This document shows positions 25,171 to 37,543 of a stretch of 64,000 nucleotides of DNA, in pieces (position 1 is the stretch's first letter; each line of letters starts with the position of its first letter). Origin of the DNA: Octopus vulgaris (taxonomy: Eukaryota); assembly GCA_951406725.2 (NCBI GenBank), contig OX597817.1, forward strand, positions 75,516,001 through 75,580,000. Direction: 5' to 3'. The translations under genes and the position numbers were made by a program. A model generated the notes under the pieces. It was given only the letters and a program-made list of their open reading frames with translations. It was not told the origin of the DNA and did no database searches.

Positions 25171-25910
25171 AAGGACGGCAAGCTGGTAGGATCGTTAGCA
25201 CACCGGGCGAAATGCTTAGCGGTATTTCGTCTGCCGTTACGTTGTGAGTTCAAATTCCGCCGAGGTCAACTTTGCCTTTCATCCTTTCGGGGTCGATTAA
25301 ATAAGTACTAGTTACGCACTGAGGTCGATATAATCGACTTAATCCGTCTGTCTGTCCTTGTTTGTCCTCTCTGTGTTTAGCCCCTTGTGGGTAGTAAAGA
25401 AATAGGTATTTCGTCTGCCTTTACATTCTAAGTTCAAATTCCACCGAGGTCGACTTTACCTTTCATCCTTTCGGAGTCGATAAATTAAGTACCAGTTACG
25501 CACTGGGGTCGATATAATCGGCTTAATCCGTCAGTATGTCCTTGTTTGTCTCCTCTGTGTTTAGCCTCTTGTGGGTAGTAAAGAAATAGAAATAGGCATT
25601 TCTTGCGGTTCTTTACGTTCTGAGTTCAAATGCTGCTGAAGTCAACTTTGCCTTTCATCCTTTCGGAGTCAATAAAATAAGTACTAGTTGAACACTGGGG
25701 TCAATGTAATCGACTTACCTTCTCCCCCGAAATTGTTGGCCTTGTGTTAAAATTTGAAATCAATATTTCTGGCAGCTCTTTACGCTCTGAGTTCAAATGC
25801 CACCGAGGTCGTCCTTACCTTTCATTCTTTTGGTGTCAATAAAATAAGTAACAGTCAAGCATCGGAGACTATGTAATCCAGTTACTCCCTCCCCACAGAA
25901 TTTAGGGATT
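25171..25910 (+). mobile_element. Tandem array of SINE family A units (dimer plus two further headless units)
   Basis: Four successive TGAGTTCAAAT..CCTTTCAT..AAGTAC blocks. Confidence 0.85.
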
Positions 25911-25973
25911 ATAAATATATTCTCTTTGTCATACAGAAGCACTGTGTACTGTTTTAGTTCATTTAAAAAGAAA

Positions 25974-27189
25974 CACGAAGGTGGTCTGAAAACTTTATAG
26001 GCTGACTCTAAAGGAAGGTTGCTAGAGCTGTGAAATGTTGTATGCATTATTTATTTCCAGTTAAACTGACACCTGACTCTCTAAAGGAAACTTCAAAAGT
26101 ATCTAGTAGCGACTTCTCTTCAAAATCGACAAAATTTGACCATGTGATGTTACTTGCAGAAAAAGGTTTAGCCCCAAAGGACATTCATGCCAACATAATT
26201 GCTACATTAGGGGATGATGCTCCAGCTTTATCAACAATGCAAAAGTGGGCAGCTCTCATTTAGGAGGGGAAGGGAGAGTCCTAGAGATTACCCAAAATGT
26301 GAACGTCCTGCAATTGTCATCCCCGAGAAAAAACATTGATCGTGTTCACCACATGGTGATGGATGGCAGGTTACTGACTATAAATAAAAAAGCCGCTACT
26401 ATTAGCATACACCGTGAGAGAGTTGAGAATATATTGCTTAATGAACTTGGCGGGACGATGGTTTTTTCTGCTCGATGGGTGCCACGTCTTTTGATACCAG
26501 GCTCATCACTCCATGAGAAAATCTGACATTGTTTCAGGTAGATCCAGCTGGTCTTCTTGAATGTTTCCTAAGCCAGTATGAGTGTTGGGTTCATCAATTT
26601 GAACCAGAGACAAAGAGACAATTCATGCAGTGGAAATACGTCCTCCTTACCTACTCTAAAAAAGGCCAATGTTGTTTCATCTACAGGGAAGGTAATGGCC
26701 TCACTTTTTTGGGATGTAAAAGACATAGTGTTTATCAATATCTTTAAAATGGCCATACTATCAAAGGAGAGTACTATGTTAGCTTGCTGAGGCAATTACA
26801 AAAGACTGTCAAGACCAAACACCCAGGAAAATTAATGAAAGGGGTTTTGTTTCATCAGGACAAAGCTTCAGCACATAAGTCGTTGGTTTCAGTGGCTGAT
26901 GTGCGTCAGATGGCTTTGAACACTTCGATCACTGTCCCTATTCTTCAGATTTGGTCCCATCAGACTATCATCTGCTTCTCAACATGAGCAAATACGTAGC
27001 TGGGGACTTGTGTTGCGGATATGATGACGTCATATCTGTTGTTGACGACGTTTTTGAGTCACAGGATGAAAGCACTGCAACACCGATAGAAGAAATGTGT
27101 GGACCTCAGGCGTGGTGGGGACTATGTTGAAAAACAAACTTCATGAGAATATCTCGCTCAGTCTATGAACGTTTCAGCTAACCTTCTTA
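25974..27189 (+). mobile_element. Full-length but decayed mariner transposon
   Basis: Frameshifted transposase: KDIH, STMQKW, ARWVPRLL, ECWVHQFEPETKRQ, GKVMASLFWD, VLFHQDKASAH, SSDLVPSDY. Imperfect TIRs at 25974-26007 and 27158-27189. Confidence 0.85.
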
Positions 27190-27434
27190 GCCTTCTAATA
27201 TAAAAAAACCTAACATGTGGGAATTAAAAAATAATTAGAATGATGTTCTGTCAATATTTTTAATTCCCCAATAACAGTTGCCAAATTAGAATAATTTTAA
27301 TGTATGGAATTATTGGAATACTGGAATAACACTGCAGCAGCCTGGTAATAATATTTTTATTAGATTACTCGAGAGACAATACAACACATTGAATATTCGA
27401 TATTATATTTCATATTGCTTAGTGTTCCTGCTTG

Positions 27435-27475
<41 letters not shown>

Positions 27476-27494
27476 CCGTTGTCATTATCACCAA

Positions 27495-27544
<50 letters not shown>

Positions 27545-28106
27545 TTATTCATCTATCCATCAATCCACCTTTCAATCCATCAATCAATCCATCCGTACGT
27601 CCGTTCGTCCTTCCGTCCATCCGTTCAACCGTCTGTCCGTCCACCCGTCCTTCCATCCATCCATCCATCCTTCCGTCCGTTCGTTCTTCTGTGTAACTGG
27701 GTCTGTCCGTCTGTCTGGCTTCTATGAATCTATGGGGAACAGCTTTTCTTTTATACGTTTTATTAAACTCGCGATTATGCTCCAGTTTTGTATTTTTTAA
27801 ATATCATTTTATTACAGAATTTTCATAATCTTGTACCAGTTTCTTGCTGTCAGTTTGGAACGATACAGTTCCAAAATCTATATTGAATATTTATAGACAT
27901 TTTCAAAAACTGAAGTAGGCTTGGCGTCAACGTGGCTCCTGAGTCGCATCTTTATAACCTTTTGTGCCAAAGTTTTTTTGACCGTTGGGCTCCCACATCA
28001 GCAGTCATATATAAATGTTTTGTTGTGATGAAATTTTTGCAGGTCTTTCCGCATAAATTTTTTGACCACAAAAAAGACATGTATATATAAATATATAAAT
28101 ATATAA

Positions 28107-28144
<38 letters not shown>

Positions 28145-28346
28145 ATACATACATACATACATACATACATACATACATACATACATACATACATACATAA
28201 GAGAAATACGAAGACATATTTGTATAAACTTATATGCAGACAAACTTAAAACACGAATATAAATGAACAATCGAAAAGGTAACACACGAAAAATAAAGTT
28301 TCCCAAATAGGGTATTGGGGTAGCGTTTTAATGGAGAGAAAATGTG

Positions 28347-28385
28347 CCTTAATATTTCGAACGTTTGTCTTTCATCAGAAGAAGG
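28347..28385 (-). ncRNA. Possible degenerate minimal hammerhead
   Basis: Minus strand reads cuu-CUGAUGA-aagacaaacguuc-GAAA-ua-UU-aag; stem II is poor. Confidence 0.35.
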
Positions 28386-29001
28386 AAAGAAATATAGGGG
28401 CGCGTATAAGAAAAATTGAATGAAAAACTCGAAGATTCGTATTTGATGTACAAATACATATTTGATGTACAAATAGATATTTGTACATCAAATACGTATT
28501 TCAAGAAGTATTTAGAATATTTAACAGCCTATTATTCAAAAAGACGAATATTTTAAAATATTTAAAATATTTCATATGATAGTGGATCATCTGTGGGTTT
28601 CGAAATCAGCATTCAGTGTCTCGACCATCTGAATTTCCGAAAACTCATGAAACTAACGTTCAAGTGGCTGAGTATTCCACAAACTCCTGTATTCTTAATG
28701 TTATTCTTCGGACAAAGCAGCGTGAGACAATGTGGCAAGGGTTGACCTTTAAATTAAAAATAAAATACACAGCAAAAAAAAAAAAAAAAAAGAAATAGGA
28801 AGAAGAATCAATACTAATATTGAAGTGATATTTTAATTTTCAATCACGAAAGGATGAAAAGCGCCTCGGCGAAATTCGAATTCAGAGTCTAAAAATCCAG
28901 AGTAACTACCGCACGGCAGTCTATCCTACGTTCCAGTGAGTTTTCCACTTTGTCTTATTCAACCATAGAATATGTAACTACAGAAACAAATACGTACATG
29001 C

Positions 29002-29063
<62 letters not shown>

Positions 29064-29161
29064 ATCCAATTAAAACGAAGAAAAAACACAAGAAAAACCA
29101 AAATGCGAGGACGTGGTACATGCAAAGTACTAGCAGCCGCTCAGGGAAGGAAAGAATGGAA

Positions 29162-29196
29162 GTTTTACGTTTCGAGTAAAGCTCTTCTTCAGAAAC
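29162..29196 (-). ncRNA. Minimal type I hammerhead motif (Penelope type, no stem III loop)
   Basis: Minus strand reads guuu-CUGAAGA-a-gag/cuuua/cuc-GAAA-cg-UA-aaac. It lies in a (TA)n-adjacent element (29060-29265) whose end recurs at 51397-51460. Confidence 0.7.
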
Positions 29197-29264
29197 AAGA
29201 GACAGAGGAAAGTCCAAGAAAAAAGGAAGACGGAGGAAAAATCTCGCCAACCATCTACATGTCA

Positions 29265-29656
29265 GAGCGTTAGGTTCAGTCATGAGATAGTGAATTCAGT
29301 TCCCGGACCAGGCTGTATGTTGTGTTCTTGAGCAAGACACTTGATTTCATGTTCCTCCAGTTCACTCAGCTATAGAAATGAGTTACGACGTCACTGATTC
29401 CAGGCTGTATCGGCCTTTGTCTTTCCCTTGGACAATATCGGTGGCGTTGTGAAGGGAGGCTTTTATACATGGGCCACTGCTGGTCTTCCATAAACAACAT
29501 CGCTCGGACTTGGCTCGGAGGGGAACTTTCTTGGTGCAATCTCATGATCATTCGTGACCGAAGTGGGTGGGGTCTTTATACAAGTAAATGAGTGGAAACC
29601 GAACCGGTTAGTGTCTTAAATAATAAGGCACTAAAAGAAAATGACTCTCCCCAGAC

Positions 29657-29660
<4 letters not shown>
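29265..29660 (+). mobile_element. SINE family B with an extended 3' tail ending at (TA)n
   Basis: Body as in 14311-14650 plus tail GTGGAAACCGAACC..AAGGCACTAAAAGAAAATGACTCTCCCCAGACAC. Confidence 0.8.
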
Positions 29661-29704
<44 letters not shown>

Positions 29705-29705
<1 letters not shown>

Positions 29706-29966
29706 AATAAATAAATAAATGCGCCCTTTTAAAGCCTACCCAGGCTCATGGGTCCGTTTTCTCGGTTTCTATGGCGTGTGTGTTCCCCAGCTGGATGGGA
29801 CGCCAGTCCATCGCAGCGTTACTCATTTTTGTCAGTTGAGTGGACTGGAGCAACGTGAAAGGAAGTGTTTTGCTCAAGAACATAACGCGTCGCCCGGTCC
29901 AGGAATCGAAACCACAATCTTACGATCACGATGCTGACACCCTAACCACTAAGCCACGCGCCTCCA
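29705..29966 (-). mobile_element. tRNA/CORE-type SINE (family B head, different body)
   Basis: Reverse complement GGAGGCGCGTGGCTTAGTGGTTAGG..GGTTTCGATTCC..TTCTTGAGCAAAACACTT. Confidence 0.85.
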
Positions 29967-30230
29967 CACACACATATATATATATAGTACATGAGTGTTA
30001 ACAGAGAGGCGGAGAGAAAGAGGAGCGAGTGAGTGAGTGAGAGAGAGAGAGAGGGAGAGCGCTATCTCTCTTGGATCTAGGGTATCTACTCTGATTAGAA
30101 GTTGGTTTTTAAGATTTAGGACCGTTTCAACTCTTAATTTATACTCATGTATTCTTGCGTAAGAGTCATCATGTTCACTATGTATATACATACAAATATA
30201 CATACATGCATTTATATATATATATATATT

Positions 30231-30648
30231 CTGTCTGAGATGAGTAATTTTCTTTTAGTGCCTTATTATTTATTTAACACACTCACTGGTTCGGTTTCCA
30301 CTTATTTGCTTGTATAGAGACCCCACCCACTTCGGTCACGAATGACCATGGGATTGCACCAAGAAAGTTCCCTCCCCCCCGAGACACAAGTCCGGGCAAG
30401 GTTGTTTATGGTAAACCAGCAGTAGCCCATGCATACCAGCCTCCCCTCTCTCCACGCCACCGATGTTATCCAAGGAAAATGCAGAGGTCGCTACAGCCTG
30501 GAATCGGTGACATCGTAACTCATTTCTGTAGCTGAGTGAACTGGAGGAATGTGAAATAAAGTGTATTGCTCAAGAACACAATGCACAGCCCAGTCCGGGA
30601 ATCGAACTGTAAACCGGACGCTCTAACCACTGAGCCATGCGCATTCAC
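30231..30648 (-). mobile_element. SINE family B with the same extended tail, inverted relative to 29265-29660
   Basis: Reverse complement aligns to 29265-29660 including the tail. Confidence 0.8.
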
Positions 30649-30678
30649 ACACACACAAGCATCCCCCATATATGTATG

Positions 30679-31582
<904 letters not shown>

Positions 31583-31802
31583 CATATCGCATAACTTGCA
31601 TCTTTTGTAGCTGTATACCAGAGCTGTATAATGGGTCATCTTATCGAAATTCCTATCTAATCCGATATGGGACCATGTGTATGCGACGCATTGGTTGATA
31701 AAATTTATTGGTTGAATATAATCTACTTCGTGTTATCTATATAAGCCTTGTTTATGCTTGAGGCTAACTAACTATCTGTTACACGATCATATTGAATTTC
31801 AC

Positions 31803-31917
<115 letters not shown>

Positions 31918-32126
31918 AAGTCGTCAGGATTTTGGAAAAAATCTTTTTATTTCTTCATTATTATTAGTGCTTTCGTTCCTTTGTTGAACTTGTCAAATAA
32001 AATTTTATTTGACAAGTTCGAGAAAAGAACGAAAGCGCTATTAATATTGAAGAAATAAAAGATTTTTTTTCCAAAATTCTGACGACTTTTTTCTCAATAT
32101 TCAATTTCTGTACATCCCACTTAACA

Positions 32127-32162
<36 letters not shown>

Positions 32163-32163
32163 G

Positions 32164-32237
<74 letters not shown>

Positions 32238-32765
32238 GACACATACTTACAGACACAGACACACATGCGGATAGGTTATCGGACGTACAGTTAACCCAAT
32301 CCAAAAAGCTATATAGTGGGATAAGCTCATCACAATGTCAGAGTAACAGATTTGTAAAACTAAGAGGTGGCTAGTTAACTTACAGTAAAGGTTTTAATTA
32401 TTCCATATTAAACCTCAATTACCTTGTCCTGTCCGTTTATTGAATCCAGGTTATAATATTTTTATAACTATGGGCTGCATTCATTTTCATGTTAAATTCA
32501 TCAAGCATTGAATGGAGCGAAATCAATGTATTAGCGATGATTTTTGTAATGGCAGTCGTGTGGTTTGTCGGTGCTTGGAAGGTTTTTCTGAGCTTGTCGG
32601 TTATATAACATCACTATATGTAGTCACTTTCTTATTCGTATCTCCTTCCCAAGTCACACGTGCTGTGCATTATCCGTCACCAAACAACAGAACTAGGGAA
32701 GTAAGTTCTTTATAGGCTCTTCCTTAGAATGAATGTATCTTACCTCGTCCTCGTGTTATAGTTTT

Positions 32766-33140
32766 TGTACCATCTGATCAATAAGTATCTGAATTATTGC
32801 CATAGTAACGAATCTAAAGTATGCAGAGTGAAGCCACTTGGCAAAGACTGACCTTGATCTCTACTGCCCCCCCACCAAAAAAAAATGTCGGTATTGACGA
32901 ACGTTCTGGGAGACCTGCTACCAGCAGAACTGAGAAAAACATAGCAGATGTGTGCGCAGCTGTGAGGGGAAACTTTCCTTCCAAGCACTGCTGTAAAAGG
33001 TCCAAGTGAGCTAGAACCATGAAACTCTATGCGCATGTACAACAGAGTTTAAGGACATTCTGTGCCAAGTGGCTTCACTCTAGGTGCCTTAGCTTCATTA
33101 TTATGGCAACAGTCTGGACACTTATTGATGGGAGTACGTA
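32766..33140 (+). mobile_element. Internally deleted mariner / MITE with ~75-bp imperfect TIRs
   Basis: ATCAATAAGT..AGAGTGAAGCCACTTGGCA versus TGCCAAGTGGCTTCACTCT..ACTTATTGAT; internal peptide DERSGRPATSRTEKNIADV is mariner-like. Confidence 0.8.
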
Positions 33141-33148
33141 TATAAATG

Positions 33149-33242
<94 letters not shown>

Positions 33243-33259
33243 TATATATTTATATATAT

Positions 33260-33800
33260 ACGCATACATACATGCATATATGGCTGCAGGACGTCACCAG
33301 CAGTGCAAATAACATGAGATACGTAAACAAACGAGGGAAAAACGAGTGAAATACATGAACGAGAAAAAATGGAAAACAGGACAAGTAAACACAAAGGAAA
33401 AACCTTTTATCAGTTGTCGGCAGTCTATCTACTCCTCATTTCGAGCATTCAGCGACAATATAAGTCTTCAAAGACAGCTGCACCATAAAGGATTTATAGA
33501 GGGTCACAGTTGGGAACCAAAATAAAAAATGACAGTGGAGACATACAATGAAACTGAACGAAAGCAAACATGGTAGATCGTTAGACCAGAACGAGAGGAA
33601 AATAGTGAACGCTCGAAATGAGGAGTAGATAGACAGACGACAACTGATGAAAGGATTTTATCAGTGTCTACTTGACCTGTTTTCCCTTTTTTCTCGTTGT
33701 TCACATATTTCAGTCGTTTTTCCCTCGTTTGTTTACGTATTTTATGTTATTTGCACTGCTGGTGACGTCCTGTACCCATATATGCATGTATATATATATA
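33260..33800. mobile_element. (TA)n-flanked fold-back element with ~190-bp diverged arms
   Basis: CAGGACGTCACCAGCAGTGCAAATAACAT (33287-) is inverted at 33744-33772; the arms continue to ~33450 and ~33605. Confidence 0.8.
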
Positions 33801-34026
33801 TACATATATATATTATTTTGTTGTGTCTGGAGAGAGTAATTTTCTTTTTGTGCCTTATAATTTAACACACTCAACGGCACAAAAAGAAAATGACTCTCCC
33901 CAGACACATCAGAATATGCTTCAACACACGAACTCACATAAAGTATCTTGCAAACCAAATCCAAAAACAGAATATATATTATCTATTATTATTCAATTGA
34001 ACGCGACGCATCTGTTTCCAAGTAAG

Positions 34027-34094
<68 letters not shown>

Positions 34095-36219
34095 TGTGTG
34101 TGTGTGCGTGTGTTTATGTATGTATGTATATATGTTTCCACCAACTTATCTTCAAATATGATTCGTTTGATATGTGGGTTCGAGCGTAGCAATAACTTCC
34201 TTTTCTGGTCTCTGGGTCTCGGTCACTGCTAATTTATCTTTCTTTTTGTCGGTTCAGTAAGATTCAATATTAGTCAGAGACAGTGAGGTGCTTTAACTAT
34301 TACATAACAACAACTCAGTACCAACTTCAAGACTAAAATCAACATTATTCGCTGATGTGAATCAAATGAAATGAATTTTCCATATCAAGAAAAGTCGGAA
34401 AGATAAGTGGGTGGAACATTCTTCTAAATCATTGCCTAGCTCCTATCGTCTTATTACAAAATAATGGACATATGCAGTCTGAAGTCAGGCCGCTAGAGAA
34501 TAGCAGCTAATCCCCACAGATAGGAATATTGTCGGATATCCCCCACAATACACAGACCAACACGTGTTACTCTTCTTGCAGCTACTTCGATCTCAGAGTG
34601 AATGGAGAATCCATTAACCTGGTGAAGCATATCTAAGTTTGATAAAACAATTCGAAGAGACTGGTGGGCGTGTCTGCACGGGTAATACTTATGTTATTAA
34701 GAAAATTCAACAGAAAGATAACTGTAAAATTATGCTGGAGAGCGAAAAGTCAAGCGTTTCGGACACAGGTTTTTCTCAAGACCTCTTCGGCTATCAACAT
34801 TTCCCTTAGGAAAGACTGTCCGAAGTGTTGGATTTTCCACTCCCTACGACAATTTCCATGAATTCTAATCATCGAGTTTTCTAAATTTATAAATTAGATC
34901 TCGATTGCGAAACAACAGCCTAAGAATCTAAAAATGCCTGGAAAGCTCATAGTCACTGCCACTTCCTCTCAGATGAAATTATACGTAAAATTATTTTATG
35001 TCAATAGAGGCGTAATATTGATAGTTGTAAAAGAGCAGAATAAGATATTAATTAGAAATTTGTGCTGTGAGATGCACAAAAGCCTGCAATTATCGTTTTG
35101 TAGTGCTACGAAAACTTGATAATATCAAAGGAATTGAATGAAATGAGGCTGGTACATGATCCTAAAATTACATAATAATTATTGATGTTTCTCTTTCATT
35201 AATCAATCATAAACATGTTATAGAAAATATTCCAACAAATGAGCTATCGAACAAAAGAATGAAGGAATTAAGAAAACTGAATCAACATCTGAGTGTACAC
35301 TTGTGTAATGCATTTAGAAATTTAATCTTTAACCTCTCCAGAACGAACTACACCGAGTTAATTACGAGTAAAATAGTTTTAATCGAATACTATTATAGCA
35401 ACCGGTTTATAAATCGCAATAAAAATAACCAACATCAAAATACAAAAAAAAAACAACAAAAAAACATTAAGACTAAAGAAAACATTAAGAAAAATAAATA
35501 CACTGAGTGTAGAAATGTCGAATTTGTGATTAGCTAATCGATTAAATCTCTTTTGGCTTCTATTCCTTCTCGTTGACACTTCATGCCATCTATCTCTAAA
35601 TCTTATTCTCTTGAACACGCCATTAAAAAGAAACAATCTTTTTCTGTCTGATGACACGACAAAATCTACAGTTAGTGAAATTTACTTCTAATTACAAAAA
35701 AAAAAAAAAAGCGTCAATTCTTCGAGAATGAGCTTATAGTACGTTTGAATGCAGTTGAGCTTGCATGTAATTCTTCATGTGTCCCAAAATTCCTTCTTTC
35801 AAACATTAATTTTCTTTCTTCTCCTTTCTTTGTTTTCCTCTCTTTTTCTGTCTTTATTTTTGTAGGCATAAATGTATGTGTGTATGCGCGTATATGTGTG
35901 TGTACGAGTATATGTATGCACACTGCAACTCGAAAATTGCGACTGTTTAGATCATCATGTATACGTGGATGCATATTCACACACTGTCACACACTATTAT
36001 ACTCGTATATACGATCAAATTCTACACAATCCTGTAGTATTTTAGCAACCTATTAATGATTATAGGAAGGAAGAAGTAACAACTGCTTGACATTTACTAG
36101 ACATAGTACTGGTGGAGTATTTACAATAAAAATTATACATACCTACATTCATACATGCACACATGCACACAAACACACACACACACACACATGCACTCCA
36201 AAGGAGTGGATGGGGATAC

Positions 36220-36900
36220 CATCGATATTCCAGCATCACACTGGTACCACAAGCATTGTAATGAACAGTTGCCTGACCAATTATTTGTCACTGTAATGAA
36301 GTAAAGGCCGCTAAAGCAATCTTTGACCCAGTAGTGTTAATGAAATGTCTTGCCGTTTTACAGGTAGCATCAGTTGTTTCCCCTGTTACTGGTCCAAAGA
36401 AATATGTATCTAGCAGTGATATGAACTTGTATCGTGTACCATCCTCGCCCGCAGTATTCGATTATTAGATCATAGCCAACAAAATTTTGTTCTCAGAAAA
36501 AAATTAACGGCGGTGTCATCGACCAATGAGCAGCCTAAGATTGTACGCACCACCGGCAACCTCGAACTAGTGTTCTCTACTGTCGCAGTTCAGTTCGCTG
36601 ATATACCCTCGAGCGCGTGGGGCCATTTGATGTCTGTGTGTCGGTGAGATCCCACAGTACTAAAACAGCACGACGGCGGATGATGTCCTTACGAGCCAAT
36701 CTTTTGATCGCATTGATATTTTATTTTTTGACACATGTCTCAGCCCACACCAAGGGTCTCGACAATCCAGAAAACTCTGCCTGGGATAGCAAATTGAACT
36801 AGACATCATGTCGTGCTTTAGCTATTGGCAACTGTGTAATATCTGCACAAATTTGTACTTATGCAAGCATTAATCACGTACGTATTAAGATAGCTTTCCA
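36220..36900 (-). mobile_element. Highly decayed CRE-like RLE retrotransposon C-terminus
   Basis: Minus-strand peptides in the expected order: ARHDV*FNLLSQA..GL, VLWDLT, YFFGPVTGET..ARHFINTTGSKIA (resembles F.P...ET.G..A..FI..LG..I). Confidence 0.45.
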
Positions 36901-37543
36901 ATTCCAATATCATTACATCTTTTCGATGTCAACATAGTTTCGACATAAGAATGCGATTTAAATTCCTCCAAAACAAGACGTGTACAGTCTAAGTCTGGTA
37001 CTGAAAATGTTCCTTTCAACCAATGCTGCTAAGATGAGCAAGAAATGAACAAAAGATTTTTATTCCATGGAAGTTCTTCACGACAGAGAGTGTTTTTGCC
37101 GTGGGTACAATGATTCACCAAAATACCACCGTTTTGGATAGGGAAACTGAAAGAAAATATTCAAATGATCTACAATTAAATAGTTTAATATTAGATTGGA
37201 AGGAAATACGGAGGACATTTTAGATAACAGAAAATTTATACGGTATATGTTGACAATATAAAAAAAAAACAACACCAAAAAATGAGATTATTCTATGAAA
37301 CTCAGTTGCTGCAACTTTAAATACGATAAATATATTCACAAATACATATACGCGAGAGTAACCGTATAGTATGTATTATAAATAATTTTTGTTATAATGT
37401 GTACGTTATATAATATATTAACATTTAATATAATATGTATGACTATATCATATATATTACGTATATTATATAACATATTAATATGAATATTTTAATGTAC
37501 ATGTATATACTATTGTGTATGTAATGTATATATATATATATAC

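Noticed and set aside
25171-25910. Repeated ~40-bp blocks resembling a CRISPR array
   Set aside because: Eukaryotic context; the intervening sequences are homologous SINE parts and there are no cas genes.
28438-28500. Short tandem-plus-inverted TATTTGATGTACAAATA repeat
   Set aside because: Small local slippage or template-switch product with no further structure.
30115-30175. Hammerhead-like AUGAUGA-cucuua/uaagag-uu-GAAAC-GGUC on the minus strand
   Set aside because: C3 is missing and stem I does not pair; at most a decayed relic.
34570-34630. Possible short exon (TTCTTGCAG acceptor to GTGAAG)
   Set aside because: Weak donor and no recognisable peptide; it cannot be supported without RNA data.
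35640-35695. CTGATGA...GTGAAA on the plus strand
   Set aside because: No stem I or III partner; chance match.
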